Shown here piece after piece: positions 16,675 to 24,879 of a stretch of DNA of 32,575 nucleotides. Numbering within the stretch: the stretch's first letter is position 1; each line of letters begins with the position of its first letter. The notes under the pieces were generated by a model. The model had not been told where the DNA came from. It ran no database searches and saw only the letters and a list, made by a program, of their open reading frames with translations. Both the position numbers and the translations under genes were made by a program. Source of the DNA: Eubacteriales bacterium (GTDB taxonomy: Bacteria > Bacillota > Clostridia > Oscillospirales > CAG-272); contig JAQVWU010000002.1 in NCBI GenBank assembly GCA_028709565.1, positions 1 through 32,575 of the forward strand, written 5' to 3'.

Positions 16675-18159
16675 TTGAAAAGTATTAAAAAGCCCGGATA
16701 CTCAGCACTTGCCACGGCACTTCTTATCTTCGCGGTCCTCTTTACCTCCTGCGCCCAAGCGGACAGCGCCGGCGTCCCTGACGTGACCGCCGATACCGAA
16801 ACCGATGTTACCGCGGCTTCAAATGCCGATATTATACGGCGGAAATACACCAGTAATAATTATGACGGCTATAACTTCCGTATTTTATCACCCAAACCCG
16901 GTTCTCACTTTTACGGCAAGACGGGTGACAATGAAAATGAAATATATTATGAGGAACAGACCGGTGATATTCTGAACGACGCCATATACAAACGCAATTT
17001 TCAGACCGAGGACCTGCTGAACGTAAAACTGCAGCCTGTCTGGGCCGATTCAACCGACGCGGCAACCTCGACGCTGAAGAAATCGGTCATGGCGGCCGAC
17101 GACGGATTTGACATATTGCTCAACCGCCTTGATTTTCTCATGAACTCATCTACCGAAAATCTGCTCTTCAATATACTCGCCGTCGACTCGATTGACACCT
17201 CCAACCCCTGGTGGGACAGGAACATAGTGTCCGGTTTTACCATGTTCAACACAAAATTATACGCCATTTCCGGCGACATAAATTACTATGATGACTACGC
17301 CGTCCAGGCGGTTTATTTCAACAAATCGCTGTGCGCCGACCTGGGATTCGATATGCCCTATGACGATGTGGCAGCCGGCAAATGGACCTTCGAGAGGTTT
17401 GCCGAAATGACAGCCGCGTCCTCCTCCGACCTCAACGGCGACGGCGCCTTTAAAACCGACGATGACCGGTTCGGGTATGTAAACCATGAACATTCGATAC
17501 TCCACCTCATATACGCCTTCGGCGAAAGGATGAGTTCGGTGGATTCCGAGGGCATGATTACCGTCAACAACTCTGAAAATCTTGTCGGTGTAGTCGGTAA
17601 ACTATATGATTTCCATAAAGACAATCAGGCCGTCTGCCTCAAAGGGGATTACATAAAGGCCTTCACCGACGGCCGGGTGATGTTCTTCGCGGAAATGGTG
17701 GGCAGCCTGTCCAACTTCCGTGCCATGGAGGATGACTTCGGCGTGCTGCCGATGCCCAAAGGCAGCGAAGAGCAGGACCGTTACACCGCCTATGTTTCAA
17801 ACGGATGGACTACCGCGATGGCGCTTCCGCTGACCTCAGCCGATACCGAAAGGGCGGGTACCGTGCTGGAAGCCATGAGCGCCTTCTCATCGGATACCGT
17901 CACCGCGGCGCTGTATGATGTGCTGCTTGAGTCGAAATTCATCCGGGACGTCGAATCGCAGGAAATGCTGTCCTATGTGTTCGCTTCGAAGGTCTACGAC
18001 TGGGCGGGCGACCTTTCCTGGGCAAACGACCTCCGCTCGGTTTATGTCTCCATGTTGACTTCGTCTTCAAATACCTTCGTTTCGTCCATGGAAAAGAAAA
18101 TAGCCGGCATACAGCAAAAGCTCGACGCGTTTGTCGAAAGCTACGCCGCGACCGACTGA
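16675..18159 (+). CDS. Extracellular solute-binding lipoprotein, paralog 2
   Basis: 494 aa. TTG start 6 nt after gggaggag. Lipobox AVLFTSCAQ. Shared blocks are YDGYNFRIL, GDILNDAIYKRN, NPWWDR, GKWTFERF and DLNGDGAFKTDD. Confidence 0.8.
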   Translation: MKSIKKPGYSALATALLIFAVLFTSCAQADSAGVPDVTADTETDVTAASNADIIRRKYTSNNYDGYNFRILSPKPGSHFYGKTGDNENEIYYEEQTGDILNDAIYKRNFQTEDLLNVKLQPVWADSTDAATSTLKKSVMAADDGFDILLNRLDFLMNSSTENLLFNILAVDSIDTSNPWWDRNIVSGFTMFNTKLYAISGDINYYDDYAVQAVYFNKSLCADLGFDMPYDDVAAGKWTFERFAEMTAASSSDLNGDGAFKTDDDRFGYVNHEHSILHLIYAFGERMSSVDSEGMITVNNSENLVGVVGKLYDFHKDNQAVCLKGDYIKAFTDGRVMFFAEMVGSLSNFRAMEDDFGVLPMPKGSEEQDRYTAYVSNGWTTAMALPLTSADTERAGTVLEAMSAFSSDTVTAALYDVLLESKFIRDVESQEMLSYVFASKVYDWAGDLSWANDLRSVYVSMLTSSSNTFVSSMEKKIAGIQQKLDAFVESYAATD

Positions 18160-18181
18160 TTCTGTTTTTTAAAAACCAATA

Positions 18182-18215
18182 AAAAACCGCACAGAGTAAT
18201 TTTTGTGCGGTTTTT
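18182..18215. terminator. Bidirectional intrinsic terminator between the convergent SBP2 and larC genes
   Basis: aaaaaccgcaca (18182-18193) / tgtgcggttttt (18204-18215), a perfect stem with an A-run and a T-run on either side. Confidence 0.85.
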
Positions 18216-18234
18216 ATATCTGCCGTCAGTCTTT

Positions 18235-19476
18235 TCAATCAGTCTTTTCAATCAGCCGAATAACATCGGCAATACTCATGTTTTTTTTCGCGGCAATTTT
18301 CGCAAGGTCGTCATATTCATACTTCGAGCGGCGCACCCCGTACCCCGCGGAATCCTTCCGGCGGACCGACCCCCAGGGGGTGTCAACCGTCGCAAACTCC
18401 CGCTCCAGCACATATCTGCAGCAGGCAATCTCACGTACGCCGATGGTTGCGGTATATTTGAAAACGGCTTTTATTATCTTCTCTTTATCCCCCTCACGAC
18501 AAAGCACGCAGATGAGCGTGCCCGGACGGGATTTTTTCATGCCTGCCGGAACCGTGAAGACCTCCAGCGCCCCGGCTTCAAATAACCGTTCCATGGCAAA
18601 ACCGATCTCCTCGGCGGTCATATCGTCCACATTGCAGCTGAGCCCGGTTACCCCGTCCTGCCGGTCCTCCGTCTCACCGAGCATGACCCTCACACAATTT
18701 GCCGCCTCAAATTCCTTTGTACCCATGCCGTAACCGATGGCTTCTATCCTCATCACGGGCATATCGCCGAAGGCGGAGGCGAAATGTTTCAGCAGAGCGG
18801 CTCCGGTGGGCGTACACAGCTCCCCCCTGACAGCGCCGCCGTAGACCGGCACATCGCGCAGGATATATGCCGTTGCCGGAGCGGGAACCGGGAGGATGCC
18901 GTGAGCGCAGCGCACCTGACCGCTGCCCACATGAACGGGCGACACGATGACCTGCCGCGGAGCGATTCTCTCCATCAGCAGGCAGACGGCGGTAATGTCG
19001 GCAACGGCGTCCATTGTGCCAACCTCATGGAAGTGGATATCGCTTACGCTCACACCATGGGCTTTGCTCTCGGCTTCGGCGATGAGCCGGTAAACCGCCA
19101 GAACATCCGCCTTTACCTTCGCGGACAGTTTGAGCTTTTCAATAATCCGTCCGATTTTATCCAGGTTGGCGTGATCATGGTCCTGTTCGTGCTCATGGCT
19201 GTGGTCGTGCTCATGACCGCGATCGTGCTCATGGCCGTGGTCTTGGCCGTGGTCATGGTCGTGGCTGTGCTCTTCCCTGCCGTCAACGGTGACCGTAACG
19301 CGGGCGCCGACTATTCCGCATCTGGATGTCAATTCGCTTCCCATCCGTACACCGGGTATACCGAGATTGTTCATCTCCGAAAGAAAAGCCTCCCGGTCCG
19401 GCAGAAGCTCCAGCAGTGCGGCGGTCAGCATATCGCCGGCAGCTCCCATCGGACAGTCAATATATAATGTCTTCAA
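18235..19476 (-). CDS. larC: LarC-family nickel-insertion protein (nickel-pincer cofactor biosynthesis, DUF111)
   Basis: 413 aa. N-terminus MKTLYIDCPMGAAGDMLTAALLEL. His/Asp-rich tract HSHDHDHGQDHGHEHDRGHEHDHSHEHEQDHDH. TTG start after GGAGG. Confidence 0.85.
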   Translation of the reverse strand: MKTLYIDCPMGAAGDMLTAALLELLPDREAFLSEMNNLGIPGVRMGSELTSRCGIVGARVTVTVDGREEHSHDHDHGQDHGHEHDRGHEHDHSHEHEQDHDHANLDKIGRIIEKLKLSAKVKADVLAVYRLIAEAESKAHGVSVSDIHFHEVGTMDAVADITAVCLLMERIAPRQVIVSPVHVGSGQVRCAHGILPVPAPATAYILRDVPVYGGAVRGELCTPTGAALLKHFASAFGDMPVMRIEAIGYGMGTKEFEAANCVRVMLGETEDRQDGVTGLSCNVDDMTAEEIGFAMERLFEAGALEVFTVPAGMKKSRPGTLICVLCREGDKEKIIKAVFKYTATIGVREIACCRYVLEREFATVDTPWGSVRRKDSAGYGVRRSKYEYDDLAKIAAKKNMSIADVIRLIEKTD

Positions 19477-19482
19477 TTGCTT

Positions 19483-20061
19483 TTATCCTCCGTTGCTTCG
19501 GATGTCATAAGATTGCCGGCCTTTTGCTTTCGCTGCCGCAAACGCTATAATCCGCGCGATATAAAAGGCGGTCGCCACCGACAACCCGTCTTTAATCAGA
19601 AAGGGCAGCGAAACCAACGCGGCGGCGGGCAGAAGCCCGGTTGATGTTACGGCGGAATACCAGACAACCCCGCAGACATGGCAGCTGAGCATTCCCGACA
19701 GGGCGAGAGCGATGCCTGTCACCCGCCCGCGCAGTGAAGCCCCCAGCCCGCATAATGCCGCCATCGGCAAAAAACCCATGATAAATCCACCGGTTGCCCC
19801 GGCAATAACCGCGATTCCACCGCGAAATGAGGCAAAGACAGGCAGGCCTACCGCTCCGAGGGCGATATAAACGATTACCGAGGTCAGACCGTATCTCCAG
19901 CCCAGATAACAGCCGGTCAGGGCAACGGCAAAGGTTTGCAGCGTTATCGGCACACCCGAGGGCAGCGGAAGGGCAATCTGCGCCAAAACGGCGGTAATAG
20001 CCGCGAAAAGCGCGACCTCTGCCATGCGGCGGATATTGGGTTTGCGCGCGATTCCCGTCAT
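19483..20061 (-). CDS. bioY: BioY-family ECF-type S component (biotin transporter family)
   Basis: 192 aa, polytopic. LFAAITAVLAQIALPLPSGVPITLQTFAVALTGCYLGWRYG...GGFIMGF is typical of BioY. Its start overlaps the upstream stop (ATGA, 20058-20061). Confidence 0.8.
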   Translation of the reverse strand: MTGIARKPNIRRMAEVALFAAITAVLAQIALPLPSGVPITLQTFAVALTGCYLGWRYGLTSVIVYIALGAVGLPVFASFRGGIAVIAGATGGFIMGFLPMAALCGLGASLRGRVTGIALALSGMLSCHVCGVVWYSAVTSTGLLPAAALVSLPFLIKDGLSVATAFYIARIIAFAAAKAKGRQSYDIRSNGG

Positions 20062-20792
20062 ATATTGATTATGCGTGACGCGGAGGCGCTGTCCAGGAAC
20101 AGGCTCCAGTCGGAATGTGTCTTGAGTATGGTAGCCGGCACGGTGTTGGTAACCGGACTCATAAAGGTGTTATATATCGCGTCCGCTTTGACGGCGTGCG
20201 GTACAACCGATATAATCGTTTTGCATTTCATTATCTGTTTCACCGTCATGGAAAGCGCGCTGTCGGGCACCGCCGCTTTATTTTCAAACCAGCCCTCGCC
20301 TACCTGCTGGGCTTTGCAGCGGTCATCGAGTCTGACCGTGATATATGCCTCATCGGTGTCAAAATCAGCCGGAGGATCGTTGAAGGCTATATGACCGTTT
20401 TCACCGATTCCCACAACCCCCACGTCAATCGGACGCTCGGTCAGCGTGCTCTTCAGTTCGGCGGCAAGCGCGGCGATATCGCCTTCCCCGTCGATCAAGT
20501 ACGCGGCACGCAGATTAACCCGTGAAACGAACCGCTCGTTGAGATATTTACGGAAACTGGCTTTATGGGTAACCGGCAAGCCGATATACTCGTCCAGGTG
20601 GAACATCTCCACGGCGCTCCAGTCCACATCCTCATGGATTAAAGCGTCGAACATGGGAAACTGGGAAGCTCCGGTAGAGAGGAGCAGCCGCGCATAGCCC
20701 TGTTTTCGTATGGCACGCTTCAGACCTCTCGCAATCCTTTTTGAGGCGTGTATGCCCATTTCGTTTGGTGTCGGATAAATTTCAATTTTCAT
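20058..20792 (-). CDS. nagB: Glucosamine-6-phosphate deaminase/isomerase family protein (NagB/6-phosphogluconolactonase superfamily)
   Basis: 244 aa with LLLSTGASQ, FHLDEYIGLP and GIGENGHIAFNDPPADF. RBS aaggag. Confidence 0.75.
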   Translation of the reverse strand: MKIEIYPTPNEMGIHASKRIARGLKRAIRKQGYARLLLSTGASQFPMFDALIHEDVDWSAVEMFHLDEYIGLPVTHKASFRKYLNERFVSRVNLRAAYLIDGEGDIAALAAELKSTLTERPIDVGVVGIGENGHIAFNDPPADFDTDEAYITVRLDDRCKAQQVGEGWFENKAAVPDSALSMTVKQIMKCKTIISVVPHAVKADAIYNTFMSPVTNTVPATILKTHSDWSLFLDSASASRIINI

Positions 20793-20813
20793 TACCGGTT
20801 CTCCTTTAATTAT

Positions 20814-22196
20814 TCATGTATTGTTATTTTCGAACAGTTTGGCAAACGCGCCGGCCAGCGCCGCCGCGGCTTCGATGCCGACCGAATTTGTCTCTTCGTA
20901 ATGTTTCCTCCCGCTGCCGTCATGGGCCTGGGCAAGATAGGGAGCCTGATCATCCAGCAAAAAATCGTTCGGGGTTACGATATAACCTATCTCGTCGTTG
21001 GCAAGCCCGAAGACAATGAGGTTTTTATCACCGGCGATTTCCGCCAGCGCCGGCGGATTTGCCCTGCCGGGATGTGCGGCAAGCGGACCGGCGTCGCCGC
21101 CCCATGCCAGTTCGGGAAAGAGCTCGCCGGGTACCAGGGCACATTTTACCCCGCCCAGGGTGACAAGGGAAACCTCCGTTTCCAGAGCGAGATTATACTG
21201 CCCCCCGCCCCTGTGAGGACGCGCGTTGATAACACCCAGAAACGCCAGGGCAATATATGTCCGGTTGTCCAGTTCTACGTTAAACACCTCTGTTTTTGTA
21301 CCGACCGAAGGGTCCAGCGCCCGCTCTTCCGATATACCCAGGGCGATATCGGCCAGTATTTCACCGGTAACCACAACGTTTTCCTCAACGCTGTCCCTTT
21401 GCCGGTGTGTCGAGATGAGTCCGCCGATCGCTCCGGCAATAAATATAAATTCATCCCCGGTTATATCGGCAATTTTTTTACCCATATAAGCCGGAAAATC
21501 GGCGCTTATCATAGAGTTTTCCGAGCGCAGCGCCTCCGGATGCGCCCCGTAATTTATAATCTGCAGTCCCGCGCTCCCGTCTGACGGAACAAAGCGGAAA
21601 CGGTGCAGGGTGGGACTGTAAATCTCAGGCAGCCGCGAGTCGCGCTGCAGTCCTTCGGTGTCGGCGGAACCGTAATAAAGCTGCCCGCCGCGTTTGTTTT
21701 CACAGGCGAGGGCGATGGCCTGGGCGGTTCCCTCATATACGGTTTCCATAAATTCATCGCATATGCCTCTGACGCCGACGGGACCCCACAACCCCAGGGT
21801 GTCAATCCCCGCGTGGGTGTGTGTGCTCATGATATGAACGGCGCTGAGTTTGTAGCGGGCGACGGTGCCGGCGGCGCGCTGACGTATTTTTTGTATATCG
21901 GTGCGCGACAGTCCTATGCAGTCCACCGCCGCTATTACGATATTGTTTCCCGCGTTGTCCGATATATAAGCGGCGCGGGCGTATTGAAGGTCCAGAATAC
22001 CCGCGGCGCGGTTGTTATTTCTGTATCCGGCAATGTAATATACCGTCGTGTCCGGGTCATCCGGCACAAGCGCATATTTGCCGAACCCCACCGACCATCC
22101 GGGTTCGGCGGGTACGGCATGTTCGCCTGCGCAGCCCGACAGCATCAGGGCACTGAGTAAGAGCGCCAGCGTCTGCCTTCCTCTCATCCGGGTCAT
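20814..22196 (-). CDS. Lipoprotein with a neutral/alkaline ceramidase-like N-terminal domain
   Basis: 460 aa with lipobox LSALMLSGCAG. The blocks VGFGKYALVP...YIAGY...ILDLQYARAAYISD...VIAAVDCIGL and STHTHAGID resemble the ceramidase_alk N-terminal fold signature. Family assignment is from memory. Confidence 0.6.
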   Translation of the reverse strand: MTRMRGRQTLALLLSALMLSGCAGEHAVPAEPGWSVGFGKYALVPDDPDTTVYYIAGYRNNNRAAGILDLQYARAAYISDNAGNNIVIAAVDCIGLSRTDIQKIRQRAAGTVARYKLSAVHIMSTHTHAGIDTLGLWGPVGVRGICDEFMETVYEGTAQAIALACENKRGGQLYYGSADTEGLQRDSRLPEIYSPTLHRFRFVPSDGSAGLQIINYGAHPEALRSENSMISADFPAYMGKKIADITGDEFIFIAGAIGGLISTHRQRDSVEENVVVTGEILADIALGISEERALDPSVGTKTEVFNVELDNRTYIALAFLGVINARPHRGGGQYNLALETEVSLVTLGGVKCALVPGELFPELAWGGDAGPLAAHPGRANPPALAEIAGDKNLIVFGLANDEIGYIVTPNDFLLDDQAPYLAQAHDGSGRKHYEETNSVGIEAAAALAGAFAKLFENNNT

Positions 22197-22612
22197 CCGA
22201 GCACCCCGCTTTCGATAATGCCGCCGATAATGCCGGCGGCGAGATGAAACGGGACGCCGTTTACCACGCTCAGATAAATACCTGAGACGTATACCGATAT
22301 CGTTATCAGCAATACCGCAATGACCGCTCCGGGTTTCATTAACTTAATCTTAGCGGTGCCCTTCCCTCGGTCGATAAAAGCCGTATACAGGATAACCGCA
22401 CAGATAAAGCCGCCGACAAGGAGCAGGGCCCGGGGCGGATTTATCGCCGCGGCTCTCAGCTGACCGAGTATGCCGGTTACGATGTCGTTTTTGTAAAATA
22501 GTGCCATGATGTCCCCGAGACGGCGCAGAGTAAGTGTAACCGCGCAGTATACTGCGGCGAAAAACACCAAAGTCAGCGCCGCGATTACGCCAAGGCGTCT
22601 TTTCTTAAACAT
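22193..22612 (-). CDS. Small integral membrane protein, unknown function
   Basis: 139 aa with about four hydrophobic segments and a positively charged N-terminus (MFKKRR). Its stop overlaps the next start by 4 nt. Confidence 0.65.
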   Translation of the reverse strand: MFKKRRLGVIAALTLVFFAAVYCAVTLTLRRLGDIMALFYKNDIVTGILGQLRAAAINPPRALLLVGGFICAVILYTAFIDRGKGTAKIKLMKPGAVIAVLLITISVYVSGIYLSVVNGVPFHLAAGIIGGIIESGVLG

Positions 22613-22640
22613 ATATTCACCCGGTATTATTTTATTATGG

Positions 22641-24629
22641 TTATTTTACGGCGTTCATCCGGAAATCAAAGACCGCCGGCGGTCTTGCCGTGGCGCGGTC
22701 GAACTCGCGTCCGTCCCTCGCGGCTTTCGCTTCCTCGATTGAGAACCATAAGTCGGTTATGGATACCTCACCCTCCCGGATATCGGCTACCACAATCCCT
22801 CCTCCTTCATACAGCAGCGCCTCCGCTTCATCGATTCTGCCGCACTGCAGATAAGCGGCGGCAAGGGACAGCCTGACGCGTGGTATGGCAGCGGTTTCGG
22901 CGGGCAGCTTTTCAATAAAATCGATTACCCGGGTGTATTTGCCGACCGATGAAAGCATGCGTACCGCTTCTTTTGCCAGTGAGGGGTCATCGGGTTTCAT
23001 CTCCGCCGCCTGAAGGGTCAGATTTGCCGCTTTCTCTGCCTGTCCCGAAAGTCCGGCAACGCAGGACAGGCCATATAGCGCCCACGCGCTTTGTTTTAAG
23101 GCAAAGGAGCGGCTGAGGGCTGATGCGGCTTTATCCAAATGATTACGCGCTAAAAGGGTCATGCCGTACTGCAGCCATGTATACCAGTTGTATTCATCGC
23201 CCTGCCCCGCGGCCTTTTCCATAAGGCCAAACCATTCCCCGTCCGAAATCCATGAGGGGGGTACCCGGTCCGGGCATACATTTCCGAAACTGCCGGTATC
23301 CAGCAATGTTTTCCACTGTTCCTGCTCGGTGTATGTCCCGCCGAAATCGAGATGCGGGCACATTACAGACTCTCCGGCTTTGCCGCGGCGATAATTTTCA
23401 AGGGCACCCCAGCCGCTTCCGTATAATATTGTCTCCTCCGCGGGCGACACAGCCGCTCCATGGGTCGCTTTGAGCATCTCTTCCATGGCTTGGGCGCTGA
23501 CAAGGTCGTCCAAACGGGATTCCGCTTCCCTTTTGGCATCCTCCCAATCTCCGTGTACCGCAGAGGCGTCCGCCTGCATCGCGCCGTAGGCTTCCAGCCA
23601 TTCCCACGCTGACCTGGGCGGCATGGGCAGCGATTCGTACTGGGTATGCGCCAGCCCCGCCTGGATTTCTGCATAACGTTCATCCGAACCGTCCCGGGTA
23701 AGGAATTCCTGCCACCTGTCACCCCCGGGTCCCTGACCCCATACAAACAGCTTGCGTCCCTTGAGGCGGGCGGTGGAGGTTTGAATCAGGCCGTAACCGT
23801 CCTTATCCAGCTGACAGATGTATTTTCGCTTTGCGTCGGGTATCTTCCAGAAGAAATCGACCGAACGGCGCTGATTTACGGGATATGTAATATCGGTATT
23901 GAGATAATGCGGAACCGGAGCCTTCGCTATCGCTCCGTCTATGTGCGTAAAGGTTTCGGTAACCGGCGCTATGACCCGCGCGCCCTCTTCTTCGGGTACC
24001 GCTATATTGCTCCACCAGTATATCGGCGTCACATACGGACGGTCGTTGACAATACGCACCCGGACATAAAGCAGTTTTGACCGGCCGGGCAAAAAGAAAT
24101 CCATCTGATAGACTACGCGGCGTACACGCTCGTATTCATACATGCGCAGCACCGGTGTGCCGTCGTCAAGGGCGGCGCGCGCCGTGTATATCTGCGAACA
24201 TGTATGCGGGTGATGCCCGAGAAATCCGCAGTTCCATTCCACACCGCCGCTTGTCCATGCGTTGCGTATCGCGAGATTGCAGGGGCGTACCACGGGATTA
24301 GCCATGAACAGTTCCCTGCCGGTGGTTTTATCGATAAGCGACCACAGTTTTCCGCCGTAAGCCGGCATAAAAACCGCCTTCAGGTATTCGTTCTCGAGCA
24401 CCGCGGCTTTGAAAACCGTATCGTGCAGCTGCCGTTCGTAATTATCCTGCATACGGTAAGGGAAAGGACTTAAAACGGAACCGTAACCGCAGTACAATCC
24501 GTCATCTTCATCCAGATTTGTTTTAGGCACCCACGCGGTTTTAGCCATTTGAGACAGCGGCGGCAGCGACGATTCAGCGCCCAGACGCTGCGCGGGCATC
24601 GTTATATCCGGGAAAGTCAGAGAAGTCAT
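22641..24629 (-). CDS. DUF5107-like domain protein with C-terminal TPR-like repeats
   Basis: 662 aa from ATG 24627-24629, preceded by GGGGGT. The 49 aa upstream extension in the ORF track runs through the AT-rich promoter region and is unlikely to be real. The N-terminal ~400 aa beta-rich domain is followed by helical repeats (..LARNHLDKAASALSRSF..AEKAANLTLQAAEMKPDD..AAAYLQCGRIDEAEALL). The DUF5107 name is my recollection, not a search result. Confidence 0.6.
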   Translation of the reverse strand: MTSLTFPDITMPAQRLGAESSLPPLSQMAKTAWVPKTNLDEDDGLYCGYGSVLSPFPYRMQDNYERQLHDTVFKAAVLENEYLKAVFMPAYGGKLWSLIDKTTGRELFMANPVVRPCNLAIRNAWTSGGVEWNCGFLGHHPHTCSQIYTARAALDDGTPVLRMYEYERVRRVVYQMDFFLPGRSKLLYVRVRIVNDRPYVTPIYWWSNIAVPEEEGARVIAPVTETFTHIDGAIAKAPVPHYLNTDITYPVNQRRSVDFFWKIPDAKRKYICQLDKDGYGLIQTSTARLKGRKLFVWGQGPGGDRWQEFLTRDGSDERYAEIQAGLAHTQYESLPMPPRSAWEWLEAYGAMQADASAVHGDWEDAKREAESRLDDLVSAQAMEEMLKATHGAAVSPAEETILYGSGWGALENYRRGKAGESVMCPHLDFGGTYTEQEQWKTLLDTGSFGNVCPDRVPPSWISDGEWFGLMEKAAGQGDEYNWYTWLQYGMTLLARNHLDKAASALSRSFALKQSAWALYGLSCVAGLSGQAEKAANLTLQAAEMKPDDPSLAKEAVRMLSSVGKYTRVIDFIEKLPAETAAIPRVRLSLAAAYLQCGRIDEAEALLYEGGGIVVADIREGEVSITDLWFSIEEAKAARDGREFDRATARPPAVFDFRMNAVK

Positions 24630-24674
24630 ATGTACCCCCATATATAAGTGTGATATATAAATAATCCTGAAACC

Positions 24675-24703
24675 AATATAACACAACCGCAGTTTTTTTT
24701 CAA
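24675..24703 (-). promoter_or_regulatory. SigA-type promoter for the six-gene minus-strand operon
   Basis: On the minus strand: TTGAAA (24698-24703), 17 nt spacer, TATATT (24675-24680). Confidence 0.5.
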
Positions 24704-24769
24704 TACTTTCGGGACAATGATATGATAAATTAAAAAAATTAAAAAACTTTGCAATATTTCCGATAACTG

Positions 24770-24798
24770 ATGACAAATCCTTTTGTATGTTATATAAT
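24770..24798 (+). promoter_or_regulatory. SigA-type promoter for the 656 aa glycosidase-like gene
   Basis: ATGACA (24770-24775), 17 nt spacer, TATAAT (24793-24798). Confidence 0.5.
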
Positions 24799-24815
24799 TA
24801 ATTCATGAAGCATAT

Positions 24816-24847
24816 TGATAATCTGATAATCAGATAATCGGATAATC
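24816..24847 (+). repeat. Four tandem 8 bp repeats N-GATAATC in the 5' leader
   Basis: tgataatc tgataatc agataatc ggataatc, contiguous, followed by a degenerate fifth unit ggatgaataaatc. The array lies between the predicted -10 box and the RBS gagggg. Confidence 0.9.
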
Positions 24848-24879
24848 GGATGAATAAATCAAGAAATGAGGGGATGAGT

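Noticed and set aside
19140-19270. Imperfect DNA repeats (cgtgctcatg / gtggtc units) as a possible repeat element
   Set aside because: They simply encode the His/Asp/Glu-rich metal-binding tract typical of LarC on the minus strand. They are in-frame coding sequence, not an independent element.
20748-21584. Long antisense ORFs inside real genes. Examples are 20748-21584 (+, 278 aa), 4998-5708 (+, 236 aa), 8111-8668 (+, 185 aa), 15689-16231 (-, 180 aa), 18203-18733 (+) and 18784-19467 (+).
   Set aside because: Each lies fully within and opposite a CDS that has clear family motifs. Their translations are Arg/Gly/Pro/Ser-rich with no recognisable domains and no RBS. This is the typical shadow-ORF behaviour of GC-rich coding DNA.
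24630-24776. N-terminal extensions suggested by the ORF track: DUF5107 24630-24776, rlmH 32004-32141, rubredoxin 26967-27002, the A2M-like gene 7905-7946, SBP3 28695-28709 and the WG-repeat gene 31473-31538
   Set aside because: The extensions run through promoter or AT-rich DNA, through the upstream gene, or through the RBS itself. Internal starts with proper Shine-Dalgarno spacing give N-termini that match family expectations or begin directly at the signal peptide.
24816-24847. Short tandem repeats (24816-24847, 31561-31587, 2515-2532) as CRISPR or minisatellite arrays
   Set aside because: The units are 2-9 bp and contiguous with no spacers. They are far too short for CRISPR repeats, and no cas genes are present.
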